Shown here in pieces: positions 56,301 to 64,000 of a stretch of DNA of 64,000 nt. The stretch spans positions 22,392 through 86,391 of IMG/VR virus record IMGVR_UViG_3300014091_000001; one strand, written 5' to 3'. Position 1 is the first letter of the stretch. Each line of letters opens with the position of its first letter. The DNA comes from a virus (lineage: Duplodnaviria > Caudoviricetes). Made by a program: the position numbers and the translations under genes. The notes beneath the pieces were generated by a model. That model had not been told where the DNA came from and did no database searches. It saw only the letters and a list, made by a program, of their open reading frames with translations.

Positions 56301-59300
56301 CGGATTCTTTGCCACCTGCATACACCGGCAGGCCAGCGGCGATAGATTTAATTTTTTCTAACGTTTCAGGTGGGAAGCGGAATGTCAGCGACGAGCGATA
56401 CAGATCCGGGTCAATGACCATTTTATCCATGTCACGGATTACGGAGAAAATAAAGTCTTCGTCTTTGTTTGGCTGGATTGTTACAGAACCATCGTCATTC
56501 TGGACAATGGTCTGTTTTTGCCCGATTCGGCTTGCCCTTTCACGTAGCTCTTCATATAGGGTTCGCTGTTCTTCGGTGAGAGGAACCTCAACCGTTTTTT
56601 CATCCAGGTCAGGAATTTTGACGCTTTCTTTTACGTCAGCCGCTGTTTTTAACGTCGTCCATCGATGGAAAATACCGCGTAAACCATCCAGGTTTTTAAA
56701 GCCCACCAGCCCCTGTTTATCAACCAATTCCCCGGATATTTTTTGAACCACCACATTCGCGGTTTCACCGAACACCCGCACGAAATCATCCGGGGTGAGG
56801 ATGCCCATTGCTTTCCAGTCTTCAACCGGCACAACGTGACTAAGCATGTTGAAAGCATCAAGCGGGCTATTAACGAGGGGGGTTGCTGTCAGGAGCGTTA
56901 CACCGCGCCCGTTATATTTTTTCATTAACCAGGCGCTTTTAACTGCCATATCACGCGCTGTTTGCGCCACCGATGGGCTCGGCAGATACGCAAGCTGAGC
57001 CGTTTCACGACCTGCAGACAAAGAATTGCGGTAATTATGACCTTCATCGGCGATTACATTGTCAAAGTTCATATCCTCAAAATACGGAACCTGGCTTTTC
57101 TTCTCCGTTCCCGTATCAGCGGCTTTATCTTTGATTTTATTTTTCGCTAATTCTGCGCGATGCGAGGATTTGAGTAGGTCTGTGCGGCCCATGTCTACGG
57201 CGTTGTAAAGCGCCTGTGCGGAGTTTTCTTCGATAGTTTCCGGCCGCATTGGGATGGTCCCAAACTGCTCTTTCGTCATAATTACTGAGCGATAATTAGA
57301 CGTAGGAATACGGTTTAGCCGTTCCAGTACCGTAGCCGTGTCTGCGTCTTTGAGAACGTTACGCATCACGGGATTGCCGTCGCGATCGGTGACGGGCTCG
57401 TTATTCTCGTTTCGCACCTGTGATTGCTGGATCTTACCGTCGTCGCCGATTACCTCATCCAGGCCAACGAATAACATCTGATTAAATGAAGCATCGTCAT
57501 AAAAATCGCGAGCTTCGTGATACCAGTTTTGATATACGGCTTTCGGCACAACGATAGCTGTACGCTTTGAGCGGCCATGCTGAAAGTTAAACGCTTCCAG
57601 CGCGAGTGCTGTCGTCGTTTTACCTAACCCTGTACCAAACCCCATAATGCCGCGACCGTCTTCGGACAATCGACGCACTTCTGAGTTCTGGTAGTCCATT
57701 GGAATACGCGCACCAGAGATACCCACAAGGCCCAGGGAATCGCCAGAATGTTCAAAGGGGATGTAGTTATTGAATGCATCGTTATAGTCGTTCTCGATGC
57801 CGGTCACGTCGGGATGCGTTTTCAGCCAGTCGTTAAAGGATGATTCCAGTTTCCCGATCCGTTGCAGATACTTCGCGGCGTTGGCACCGCGCGGCTTGAC
57901 ACCATTCAGATAGTTTTCAAGCTGGTTCAAAAAGCCGTCGCTGTTTGACGCCTCTTTAAATTCTGCAACGCCTGATTTATTGGTGACAGTACGCAGTTTA
58001 TAGCCGGTAAAAACGCCGTCTTTACCGGCATAATCATCCCCGGAAACCAGATATCCATCTTCTACCTGAATATCCTGGGTGTACCTGAAATTGTCATAAC
58101 CCTGTTCGGCCAGAAATTCCTTGATCAGGCGGCGGTCCAACCATCGGGCGTTTAAGTTCACATAGATTTTATCAATGCCAACCGGCTTACGTTTCTCATC
58201 AATAAGCATCATTTGACGAACGTAATTCTGCTTTTGCGGGCCATCAGGGCAATTATTGATCAGCGCCGCCAGATTGCTGATTTTCCCGCGCACGTTTCCA
58301 CTGGTAGCGCGGGACATAGGCAGCACATTACCGTATCCATCAAGGGCGATATCCGGGAACCCAGCCAAATAATCCAGTAAGGCTTCGTCGGATTCTGGTA
58401 GGTGTGCGGTACAGAATTCACGGAATTGTTCGAGCGTCACCGGCACCAGGTCAATCTGGCTGAAAAGATGTGATATCACCTGTTCTGGATTACTGGCATC
58501 GACTGCTATCACTGCTGCGTCATTCATGCGGCCAGTCAACAAATCGGAAAGGTTATTATCGCGGGTAACGTTAGCCTGAAATGTCAGCCAGCCTTTGGCG
58601 GCGCCATGGGATAGTCCCGTTAGCCGTAGGCCGTTAGGAGAACCATATATAGCTACTTCCTGCTCTACCAAACGCGCCGCGTCAGCGAGTAATGGAGATG
58701 CGTCGCTACCCTGAGCAATCAGATTTTGCGCGTCGTTTATTGTCAGACCGATGAGCCCGCCACGCATGGCACGTTCGCGCTGGGCCGGTTTTTGATCGCG
58801 ACTGAATTTTAAAACAGCATGCTGGCGTTCTGACAGCATTGCCGGGTATACATCAGATACGGCATAGAGCTGTTCGGCGCTGAGCGATAAAAGACCATTC
58901 AGTGATTGGCATTTTGTCTGCAGCTCCCCGAACGTTTGGGCGCCAAAACGCTCCGCGTCGATGCCGCTTCTGTCCGTGGTACTATCACGGACCCAGCTTT
59001 CACCGTTGTAAACGTTCCATATCCCCCCCACCAGCCGCTTGTCGCCAACGCTTGCGCCTTGATAGGGATCGTTATTCACGTTCAGCAATTCCCACGCTAT
59101 CCGACTCTCGAAACGTCGGGATAATGCCTGTTTCATGCTGGCATTTGTAATGTGGCCGTCTTTTTTAACGGTGAGGATATTGTTAAAACTGGATCGCTCT
59201 GTTTCCCCGTGAACGAAACGCTTACCCTCGGCGGTAAACCATTTCCCTTTGAGAAACGTGGGCCACAAAACATTAGCATCAGTCAGGGTTTTATCATCTG

Positions 59301-60180
59301 AGTTACTGACTATCTCAGCCAGTGCTTGCGAGTGTTTTCGCAATACCCACACATCCACTACCGTAGCCGTACCGCTCTCGGCAAATGTCCCGGATGGCAT
59401 GCGGTGCGCGCCTAAAAACTCAGCGCGTCGCGCCACTTTGTCACGCAGTTTTTTATTGGTTCCCGTGCCGTCCGTCATGCCATTGGGCACAACCAGCACA
59501 ATCAGGCCGCCAGGCTTCACTTTATCGATAGTGCGCAGGATGAAGTAATGACCAACATTATTTTCTTTTTTATACGCCGGATCTCGTTCGGCAAAACCTG
59601 AACGGCTCTCCCCAAATGGGACGTTTCCAACCGCATGATCATAGGTATCATCGGGAACGGTTGATGCCAGGTCCTCAAACGCCCCAAGTCTTACATCATC
59701 TTCGGGATGAAGAAGCTGGTTAATGCGGCCGGAAACACTGGAGATCTCAGCGGCGGTCATGATTGCGCCTTTTGGTTTCGTTTCCTGGAATATGCCGGTT
59801 GCGGCGGACGGTTCCAGAACATGACCGGAATCCACGCCATAATCAGCCATGAGATCCCAAATCCCTTCGGCCATAAATTGTGGCGTGTAATACTCGTACT
59901 GACTGCCGCCGTCCGTTAAACCACCCTCACCGGTATATCCGGCCAACACCTTCCGCTGCTCATCCGTCAGCATGCTGCCATCCATATTTTCAGGCAATTC
60001 GTGTAACAGGCGCATAGCCGCATTGTTGGCTTCTCGCCGCGCGCGCTGAATACTCACGCCTTCCTCTTTAACGATGCCGAATTGCACTGCTTTCCGCTCT
60101 TTGCGCAAGCGAAGAACGACGTTAATCAGTTCCTCAAGCGATCCTGCCTCGTTTAATTGATCCACTTCAGTAATTGCCAT
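53329..60180 (-). CDS. darB: DarB antirestriction protein (N6-MTase-like plus SF2/SNF2 helicase)
   Basis: YEYYTP, LEPSAATG, GNVPF, GTGLGKT, IADEGHNYRN, LTATP, GINLH, IAQRNGRGARVG; 2283 aa. Confidence 0.93.
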   Translation of the reverse strand: MAITEVDQLNEAGSLEELINVVLRLRKERKAVQFGIVKEEGVSIQRARREANNAAMRLLHELPENMDGSMLTDEQRKVLAGYTGEGGLTDGGSQYEYYTPQFMAEGIWDLMADYGVDSGHVLEPSAATGIFQETKPKGAIMTAAEISSVSGRINQLLHPEDDVRLGAFEDLASTVPDDTYDHAVGNVPFGESRSGFAERDPAYKKENNVGHYFILRTIDKVKPGGLIVLVVPNGMTDGTGTNKKLRDKVARRAEFLGAHRMPSGTFAESGTATVVDVWVLRKHSQALAEIVSNSDDKTLTDANVLWPTFLKGKWFTAEGKRFVHGETERSSFNNILTVKKDGHITNASMKQALSRRFESRIAWELLNVNNDPYQGASVGDKRLVGGIWNVYNGESWVRDSTTDRSGIDAERFGAQTFGELQTKCQSLNGLLSLSAEQLYAVSDVYPAMLSERQHAVLKFSRDQKPAQRERAMRGGLIGLTINDAQNLIAQGSDASPLLADAARLVEQEVAIYGSPNGLRLTGLSHGAAKGWLTFQANVTRDNNLSDLLTGRMNDAAVIAVDASNPEQVISHLFSQIDLVPVTLEQFREFCTAHLPESDEALLDYLAGFPDIALDGYGNVLPMSRATSGNVRGKISNLAALINNCPDGPQKQNYVRQMMLIDEKRKPVGIDKIYVNLNARWLDRRLIKEFLAEQGYDNFRYTQDIQVEDGYLVSGDDYAGKDGVFTGYKLRTVTNKSGVAEFKEASNSDGFLNQLENYLNGVKPRGANAAKYLQRIGKLESSFNDWLKTHPDVTGIENDYNDAFNNYIPFEHSGDSLGLVGISGARIPMDYQNSEVRRLSEDGRGIMGFGTGLGKTTTALALEAFNFQHGRSKRTAIVVPKAVYQNWYHEARDFYDDASFNQMLFVGLDEVIGDDGKIQQSQVRNENNEPVTDRDGNPVMRNVLKDADTATVLERLNRIPTSNYRSVIMTKEQFGTIPMRPETIEENSAQALYNAVDMGRTDLLKSSHRAELAKNKIKDKAADTGTEKKSQVPYFEDMNFDNVIADEGHNYRNSLSAGRETAQLAYLPSPSVAQTARDMAVKSAWLMKKYNGRGVTLLTATPLVNSPLDAFNMLSHVVPVEDWKAMGILTPDDFVRVFGETANVVVQKISGELVDKQGLVGFKNLDGLRGIFHRWTTLKTAADVKESVKIPDLDEKTVEVPLTEEQRTLYEELRERASRIGQKQTIVQNDDGSVTIQPNKDEDFIFSVIRDMDKMVIDPDLYRSSLTFRFPPETLEKIKSIAAGLPVYAGGKESDDADEMDENESGLVDTRTSKVVETTVTEKADAVELLVSVELEADVMKAIAAAGIELNTVTHPIPPKYAALIENLKAGMQNGKQIIFMDEKSQHNKLRRIIARSLGLEENQIGIINASTVAQANGPKIKKVKKPVEPAERADGSYKDGAWEKYYVDLAKYDDYLSALNDMSLSGMEGIAADYNEGRTPIVICNKKAEVGINLHKGTTDIHHLTLPWTPASIAQRNGRGARVGSSQQSVNVHYYCGKGSFDEFRLQTLQRKKDWINQIMTSDVSSYKNGNVDEKDEINLMLAANPEERQARINAQLAARREAERMRAEKEAETALDVFLRASVAAKEDPAILASQLETAEQKLAAHEEKVEELRQKVAQEESDYNEWAASHGKRSADIYHAGSRRMARSYLKTAIEELTEYKSDVKKSRNVLSRAKSASTMVKRARGDLERGIKSGVIKVDPDVLLNPSQYVKTPQGSLIKEGAYYWIASNDRYVGQIQRLMPDKGTVEVTVMYAAIKPYAINRIGAVYEVSMENVREQVDVTESVAASRRRANAGLWASEIVGTLSRAEFTDAVKEGFMRVKGDGWLIYGEEGHLESVHINGGALNTDYPERLVYPDSNDEGLKRAMYEYSKTNGSVYSVRSLFSAVFGEDYDSALEGFGEQATMEDALEIFEAARQSVESENGMQLAGASENDVHSAFFNNTDRISRFWLSALPARKVMKFNKGFSNLTQIRSFVDTILNERVAAKIVEVKEALERTAKQLYVQFERLDEKTTLPEVRILEDINVTGFMGRVETSGTVMTHKLPELVMAGVLVGAYSRSTVNADTFVSVSRVRQLLDTARNAVQALKYNGYKEFAPSFEAYMAMLAGEISSEEMDALRQEEESRKADDARQLSDGQSVAEKYGYTASTNQQPLEGQRKWKNRTFKINYPAGGAHVLIDSTGRATLKSAHIRSMLKEKYQAQFWNFEDDPVSGNEFTRPAWIVPASFPLEKIHSDIQMLLN

Positions 60181-60198
60181 TTTTTAACCTTATGTATG

Positions 60199-60249
60199 CA
60201 AAACATAGACCCGTTAAAATCACAGCAATTCTAAGAGGTATGTATTTTC
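60199..60249. promoter_or_regulatory. Overlapping divergent candidate late promoters for prt and darB
   Basis: Plus: CAAAACATAGA-CCCGT-TAAAAT (60199-60220); minus: GAAAATACATA-CCTCT-TAGAAT (60249-60228). Confidence 0.5.
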
Positions 60250-60261
60250 CAAAGGTATTTA

Positions 60262-61953
60262 ATGAAAATGGCAAATAGTAAACCAACAAACGGGGCTATA
60301 AATGCCCTGAAAAGGTTGTTCACCAGCGCCCCCCGGACGCCCGTTTCTCATTTGCCTTTGAGTAGCGGCCATAACGTCATATCAAGATCCGGGCTGGCAA
60401 TGCTTTCAGGGCGGCCAAATGAAGCCCCGGGAGAATTAACATCCCAGGCTGACAGTCTCGGCATAGGCCTAACGCTTCCCGATGACCGTTTAGCAAAGTA
60501 TGAAATCCTTGAAGAAATGGCTAAAAGCGCGACGGTTTCATCGGCGCTTAATATTCATATCGCCCACGCCCTGGCCCCCAGCAAAAAGACAGGCCTTGCC
60601 TTTCAACTGGTGGCAAAAAATCCGGCAGATAAAGAGGCTGTCACTCGTTGCAATGAGTTAATGGATGATCTCGGTGAAATGATTAATGCAGGCCTTCCGG
60701 GGTGGGCGCTGCTTATGTCTATTTTTGGCGTTGCGTTTACTCGACCCTATGGCGAACAAGGGCGCGGGATAACTCATATCGAGTCGAGTTACTACACCCT
60801 GCCTTATTTCATTCAGGAGTTTCATCAGGGCGGCCAGTTGGCAGGATTTACAGGTGATTACCTTCTTACAGCTGACAACATGCAGCGTACCCTGGCTGAG
60901 CCATGGTTTATTGTGCCGGTTAAAAACCCTTACTGGACGCCAAGCCGCAACATCATTCCACTGACAACCGGCACCCGTGGCTACAGCCTTTTGAGTAACA
61001 GTCACAACCAGGGGCTAATGGAAACGCAGAATTACGGCACCAGCTTTCTTGAGCACTCGTATGAAGCATTCATGAACCTTTGCGGCGCACTTAATGCCCT
61101 AAAAGCCACGCGTTACAACGCGGCCAAAATCGATCGACTTATTGCGCTTACTACCGGCACTTTAGACCCTATAAACGCGGCGAACTATACGCGTGGAGTT
61201 AGCCAGTCGCTTAAACGAAACAGCGAAATGCTGGCGCGCCGGTCTGCGAAAGCAAACACGATGCCGACTGTGCTGAATCATCTCATCCCGGTTATGGGCG
61301 ATGGAAAAAATGGAATTACCATTGATACGCAATTCATTCCGGCAGACATAAGCGGCATAGAGGACGTCATGTTCCATCTTCGCCAGTTGTGCTCAAGCCT
61401 GGGTATTGATTCGACCATGCTGGGCTGGGCCGATCAGATGAGCGGCGGTTTAGGCGAAGGAGGCTTTCTACAGACTGCGATTCACTCAGCACAACGCGCA
61501 CAGTGGCTGCGGCAGGCCGCGCTGGACGCGATTTACCGCCTGGTCGATATCCATCTTGCGTATAAACACGGCAAAGTCTATATGCCAAACCAGCGGCCCT
61601 TTTACGTTCAATTTAATTCAATGAACACCGCGCTCATGCTTGAAGAGGCGCGCGATCGCGACGCCAGCGCTAACTACATAGCCATCCTGACGCAAATTCT
61701 CGACCAAATTCAACAAAACGCGAAACTGGCGGGCAGCGACACGTTCCTGCGCTACTTGTTTTGCGATCAGCTCAAAATGGACCAGCAAATGTTGGACAAA
61801 ATGTTGAGCGAATTTAAAGCCACGCCCGAACCAAATGAATCTGACGACCAGGACATGATGAATGAATCCGCGCCGGATCGTCATGACAACCCTGAGCACT
61901 GGAGTAGAACCCAGCTAATCAACTTCGCCAAATTTGTAATGAGTCAAAGTTAG
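60262..61953 (+). CDS. prt: Portal protein Prt
   Basis: 563 aa; LEEMAKS, KIDRLI, DTQFIPADISGIED, MLGWADQMSGGLGEGGF; divergent from darB as in P1. Confidence 0.88.
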   Translation: MKMANSKPTNGAINALKRLFTSAPRTPVSHLPLSSGHNVISRSGLAMLSGRPNEAPGELTSQADSLGIGLTLPDDRLAKYEILEEMAKSATVSSALNIHIAHALAPSKKTGLAFQLVAKNPADKEAVTRCNELMDDLGEMINAGLPGWALLMSIFGVAFTRPYGEQGRGITHIESSYYTLPYFIQEFHQGGQLAGFTGDYLLTADNMQRTLAEPWFIVPVKNPYWTPSRNIIPLTTGTRGYSLLSNSHNQGLMETQNYGTSFLEHSYEAFMNLCGALNALKATRYNAAKIDRLIALTTGTLDPINAANYTRGVSQSLKRNSEMLARRSAKANTMPTVLNHLIPVMGDGKNGITIDTQFIPADISGIEDVMFHLRQLCSSLGIDSTMLGWADQMSGGLGEGGFLQTAIHSAQRAQWLRQAALDAIYRLVDIHLAYKHGKVYMPNQRPFYVQFNSMNTALMLEEARDRDASANYIAILTQILDQIQQNAKLAGSDTFLRYLFCDQLKMDQQMLDKMLSEFKATPEPNESDDQDMMNESAPDRHDNPEHWSRTQLINFAKFVMSQS

Positions 61954-61961
61954 GAGCCAAT

Positions 61962-62987
61962 ATGAACACATTAAAAACTGTCACCGACCGTTTTTCGCTG
62001 ATTGATAAAGTGCGTCGCCATACCCCGCAGAATGACCGTAATTACATGATTCAGTCGGTGCGCGCGACGTTTAATGACCCGGAAGTACAAGAGCATATCA
62101 AGCTGGGTGAGCTGTATGGCTACTACGGCCACGGGCGGCGAGCAATGCAGTATGAAAAAAACGGCAACCTCACTCTGCCAGAAATCAGTGTGGTAATGAT
62201 TGACGGGAAGCCGGTCACTTTAACCAATGTCCCGTCTAACCGAACGGTTGCGGTTGACGTTGATGATAATGGCATTGTCACTCATACACAGGAAATACTG
62301 GATACGGAGCCCGGTAACATTGTTAAAGGCATGCTTGATTCGAATGCGGGCGGTTGGTCCTGGGCGACGGGCGGCAATGATGGTGCGCTCCGTTCGGTCG
62401 TAACCAGTTTTCATGGTTTCGATTATGTGACCGTTCCTAACTATATCAGCCTCGACAAAGCCAGCTTAATGCTTGAATCAGCAGCGACGCGCGCAGAACA
62501 AATGCATACTGCGTTGCTTAACGCCGGATACAGTGAAAACGCAGCAGCGGACCTGTGTATGCACTTCGAAAAAATGCGCGACAATCAGGCTATGCTTGAA
62601 GCGGTTGAGCGAACGTCACAACTGGAAGCGCGACTATGGGCCAGCACGGGACGATTGCAGGAGACTGAAAAACGTCTAAGCGACGCCAATATGATGCTCG
62701 AAAATCAGGGCGATGCCACGATTAGACGCCGCAAGATCATGCGCGATATGTTATCTGAACTTCCTGTTTTTCTTACTAAAGAACAAAAACAGGCGCTGAT
62801 TCGTATGGAAACTGACGATGATATTCGCATGCTCGCTGCAATGCTTGAATCTGTTGCAGGATCGTACAGTTCATCACTGCCGCTGAACGGCGGTAAAACA
62901 GGTAATTTACCGGCACCGTCAAACCTTCATGGGCGCAGTAAAGAAGACGACACACCATTTCCGTGGATCAGGTCTCGAAAGAAATAA
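61962..62987 (+). CDS. pro: Head maturation protease Pro
   Basis: GELYGYYGHGRR, VTHTQE, GGWSWATGG, GFDYVTVPNY; follows prt. Confidence 0.85.
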   Translation: MNTLKTVTDRFSLIDKVRRHTPQNDRNYMIQSVRATFNDPEVQEHIKLGELYGYYGHGRRAMQYEKNGNLTLPEISVVMIDGKPVTLTNVPSNRTVAVDVDDNGIVTHTQEILDTEPGNIVKGMLDSNAGGWSWATGGNDGALRSVVTSFHGFDYVTVPNYISLDKASLMLESAATRAEQMHTALLNAGYSENAAADLCMHFEKMRDNQAMLEAVERTSQLEARLWASTGRLQETEKRLSDANMMLENQGDATIRRRKIMRDMLSELPVFLTKEQKQALIRMETDDDIRMLAAMLESVAGSYSSSLPLNGGKTGNLPAPSNLHGRSKEDDTPFPWIRSRKK

Positions 62988-63136
62988 CAGCAATTCTAAG
63001 GCCTGTTGATAAAACCAGTATTGCCATCCATTACTGTCACCGATAGGATCGCGCATGCCACCAGGGCGCGATCCTTTTTTTATTTCGGATCTTCCTGGGT
63101 TTCGCGATTTGGCGTATGTTAAACGCCAGAAAGCAA

Positions 63137-63160
63137 AAAACCACCCTGGCAGGTGGTTTT
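63137..63160. terminator. Bidirectional terminator-like hairpin between pro and repL leader
   Basis: AAAACCACC-CTGGCA-GGTGGTTTT. Confidence 0.6.
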
Positions 63161-63591
63161 CGCCGGGTCTAAGACCCTGTGCGCTGACGTGATTCGCACT
63201 CACTCAACGCTGACAACACAATGCAAAAGGCTTTAAGTGCTGTCCGGCCAGTTTACAGGGCCAGATCTGCGCACTCAAGTATTATTTTTATACTTACCTC
63301 TCCCTTGTGTTTCAGCCTCCGAGATAACGATCATTCAGCGCCTAATTTACGGTGCGGCTTAGCCATACCTGTTACATGGGATGCATAACACTTTGAAAGA
63401 ATAAAAAAAGAAAAAAGCCGGAGGACGGCAATCCACCAGCTTTTTCAGAGACTTTGTTCACCGCTCAGGTTTGGCGACCACGCGGAGAACTTAAACGAAC
63501 CCACCCAGGTTCAAACTCAATCCGGCGCCCTGGCAGGCGCTGGCGGGGAACACTCATCCGTAATTCCCCCTAACAAACAAAGAGAATAATA

Positions 63592-63920
63592 ATGCATAAT
63601 CAGCAGCAAAGCCAGAGCAACGAGGCAGCAAATAATTCTAAAAACTCTACGCATTTCCTTGAATTACCAGAATTCTCGGCTTTCACTGATTTAGATAACG
63701 ACGCCCTGTGGTTAGAAATTCAGCGGACCTTTCCGACTGGTTATAAACTCAGTAATGCCCTTTCCTGTCTGCCCGCTTCATTCGTCAGCCGCACCGGCAA
63801 AATCATCGCTTCAATCATCGCTAATAAGGTAAATCCGGCTAACACCGGCGTATGTTATGCCAGCCGTAAAACGTTGGCTGAAGAGGCTGAGGTGTCACTC
63901 GCAACACTTGACCGCTTTAC
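63592..63920 (+). pseudogene. repL: RepL-like lytic replication initiator, interrupted
   Basis: GYKLSNAL...SRTGKII...YASRKTLAEEAEVSLATLDRF parallels the P1 RepL wHTH; homology stops abruptly at an IS-like end. Confidence 0.65.
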
Positions 63921-64000
63921 TGACCTGCCCCCAGGATTAGATACAACCTTCAGTTAGTAATGTCGGTTGGTTTTTCTTCATATTTCCCGTTTCGCCAGCC
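63921..64000. mobile_element. End of an IS3-family (IS407-group-like) insertion sequence
   Basis: Begins TGACCTGCCCCCAGGATTAGATACAACCTTCAGTTAGTAATGTC, a 5'-TG IS3-type terminal repeat as I recall for enterobacterial elements; runs off the window. Confidence 0.7.

Noticed and set aside
53329-60180. DarB as a novel giant helicase-MTase or intein-containing protein
   Set aside because: Length and motifs match the known P1 DarB; no intein signature seen.
63921-63957. C-terminus DLPPGLDTTFS as a natural RepL end
   Set aside because: It is read-through into the IS terminal repeat.

Overview
The window is a segment of a P1/D6-like phage-plasmid (temperate myophage maintained as a plasmid), probably from an enterobacterial host. 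Recognisable P1-family modules: head/tail genes (bplB, pmgG, 21, 22, 23; pmgR, 26, 25, 7, 24, 6, 5; PAAR; prt, pro), a P1-type iteron replicon (oriR + repA), spanins, terminase pacAB with TGATCA pac hexamers, C1 repressor, Lpa, Lxc/Ulx/DarB, Ref, Pap, RdgC, a Dre-like recombinase with a rox-like site, a tRNA (CAT anticodon) and a lytic initiator repL cut at the right edge by what looks like an IS3-family end. Gene order differs from P1, and the accessory cargo is distinct: intact LexA-controlled umuDC, two non-P1 partition systems (ParFG-like and ParMR-like), two type II TA modules, an AT-rich PD-(D/E)XK nuclease, several DNA methyltransferases (one with a hidden alternative-frame subunit), and three genes resembling Tad2/DUF2829 or its usual fusion partners. 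Most notable: (1) a C4-type antisense RNA cassette with self-complementary a/b sites placed in front of a Tad2-like gene instead of icd-ant; (2) a ~2.1 kb ORF-poor array of long stems upstream of the tRNA that looks like a processed polycistronic sRNA cluster; (3) window-wide regulatory motifs (a candidate late-promoter consensus and a candidate C1 operator). All family calls are from motif recognition and remembered sequences, not from database searches.
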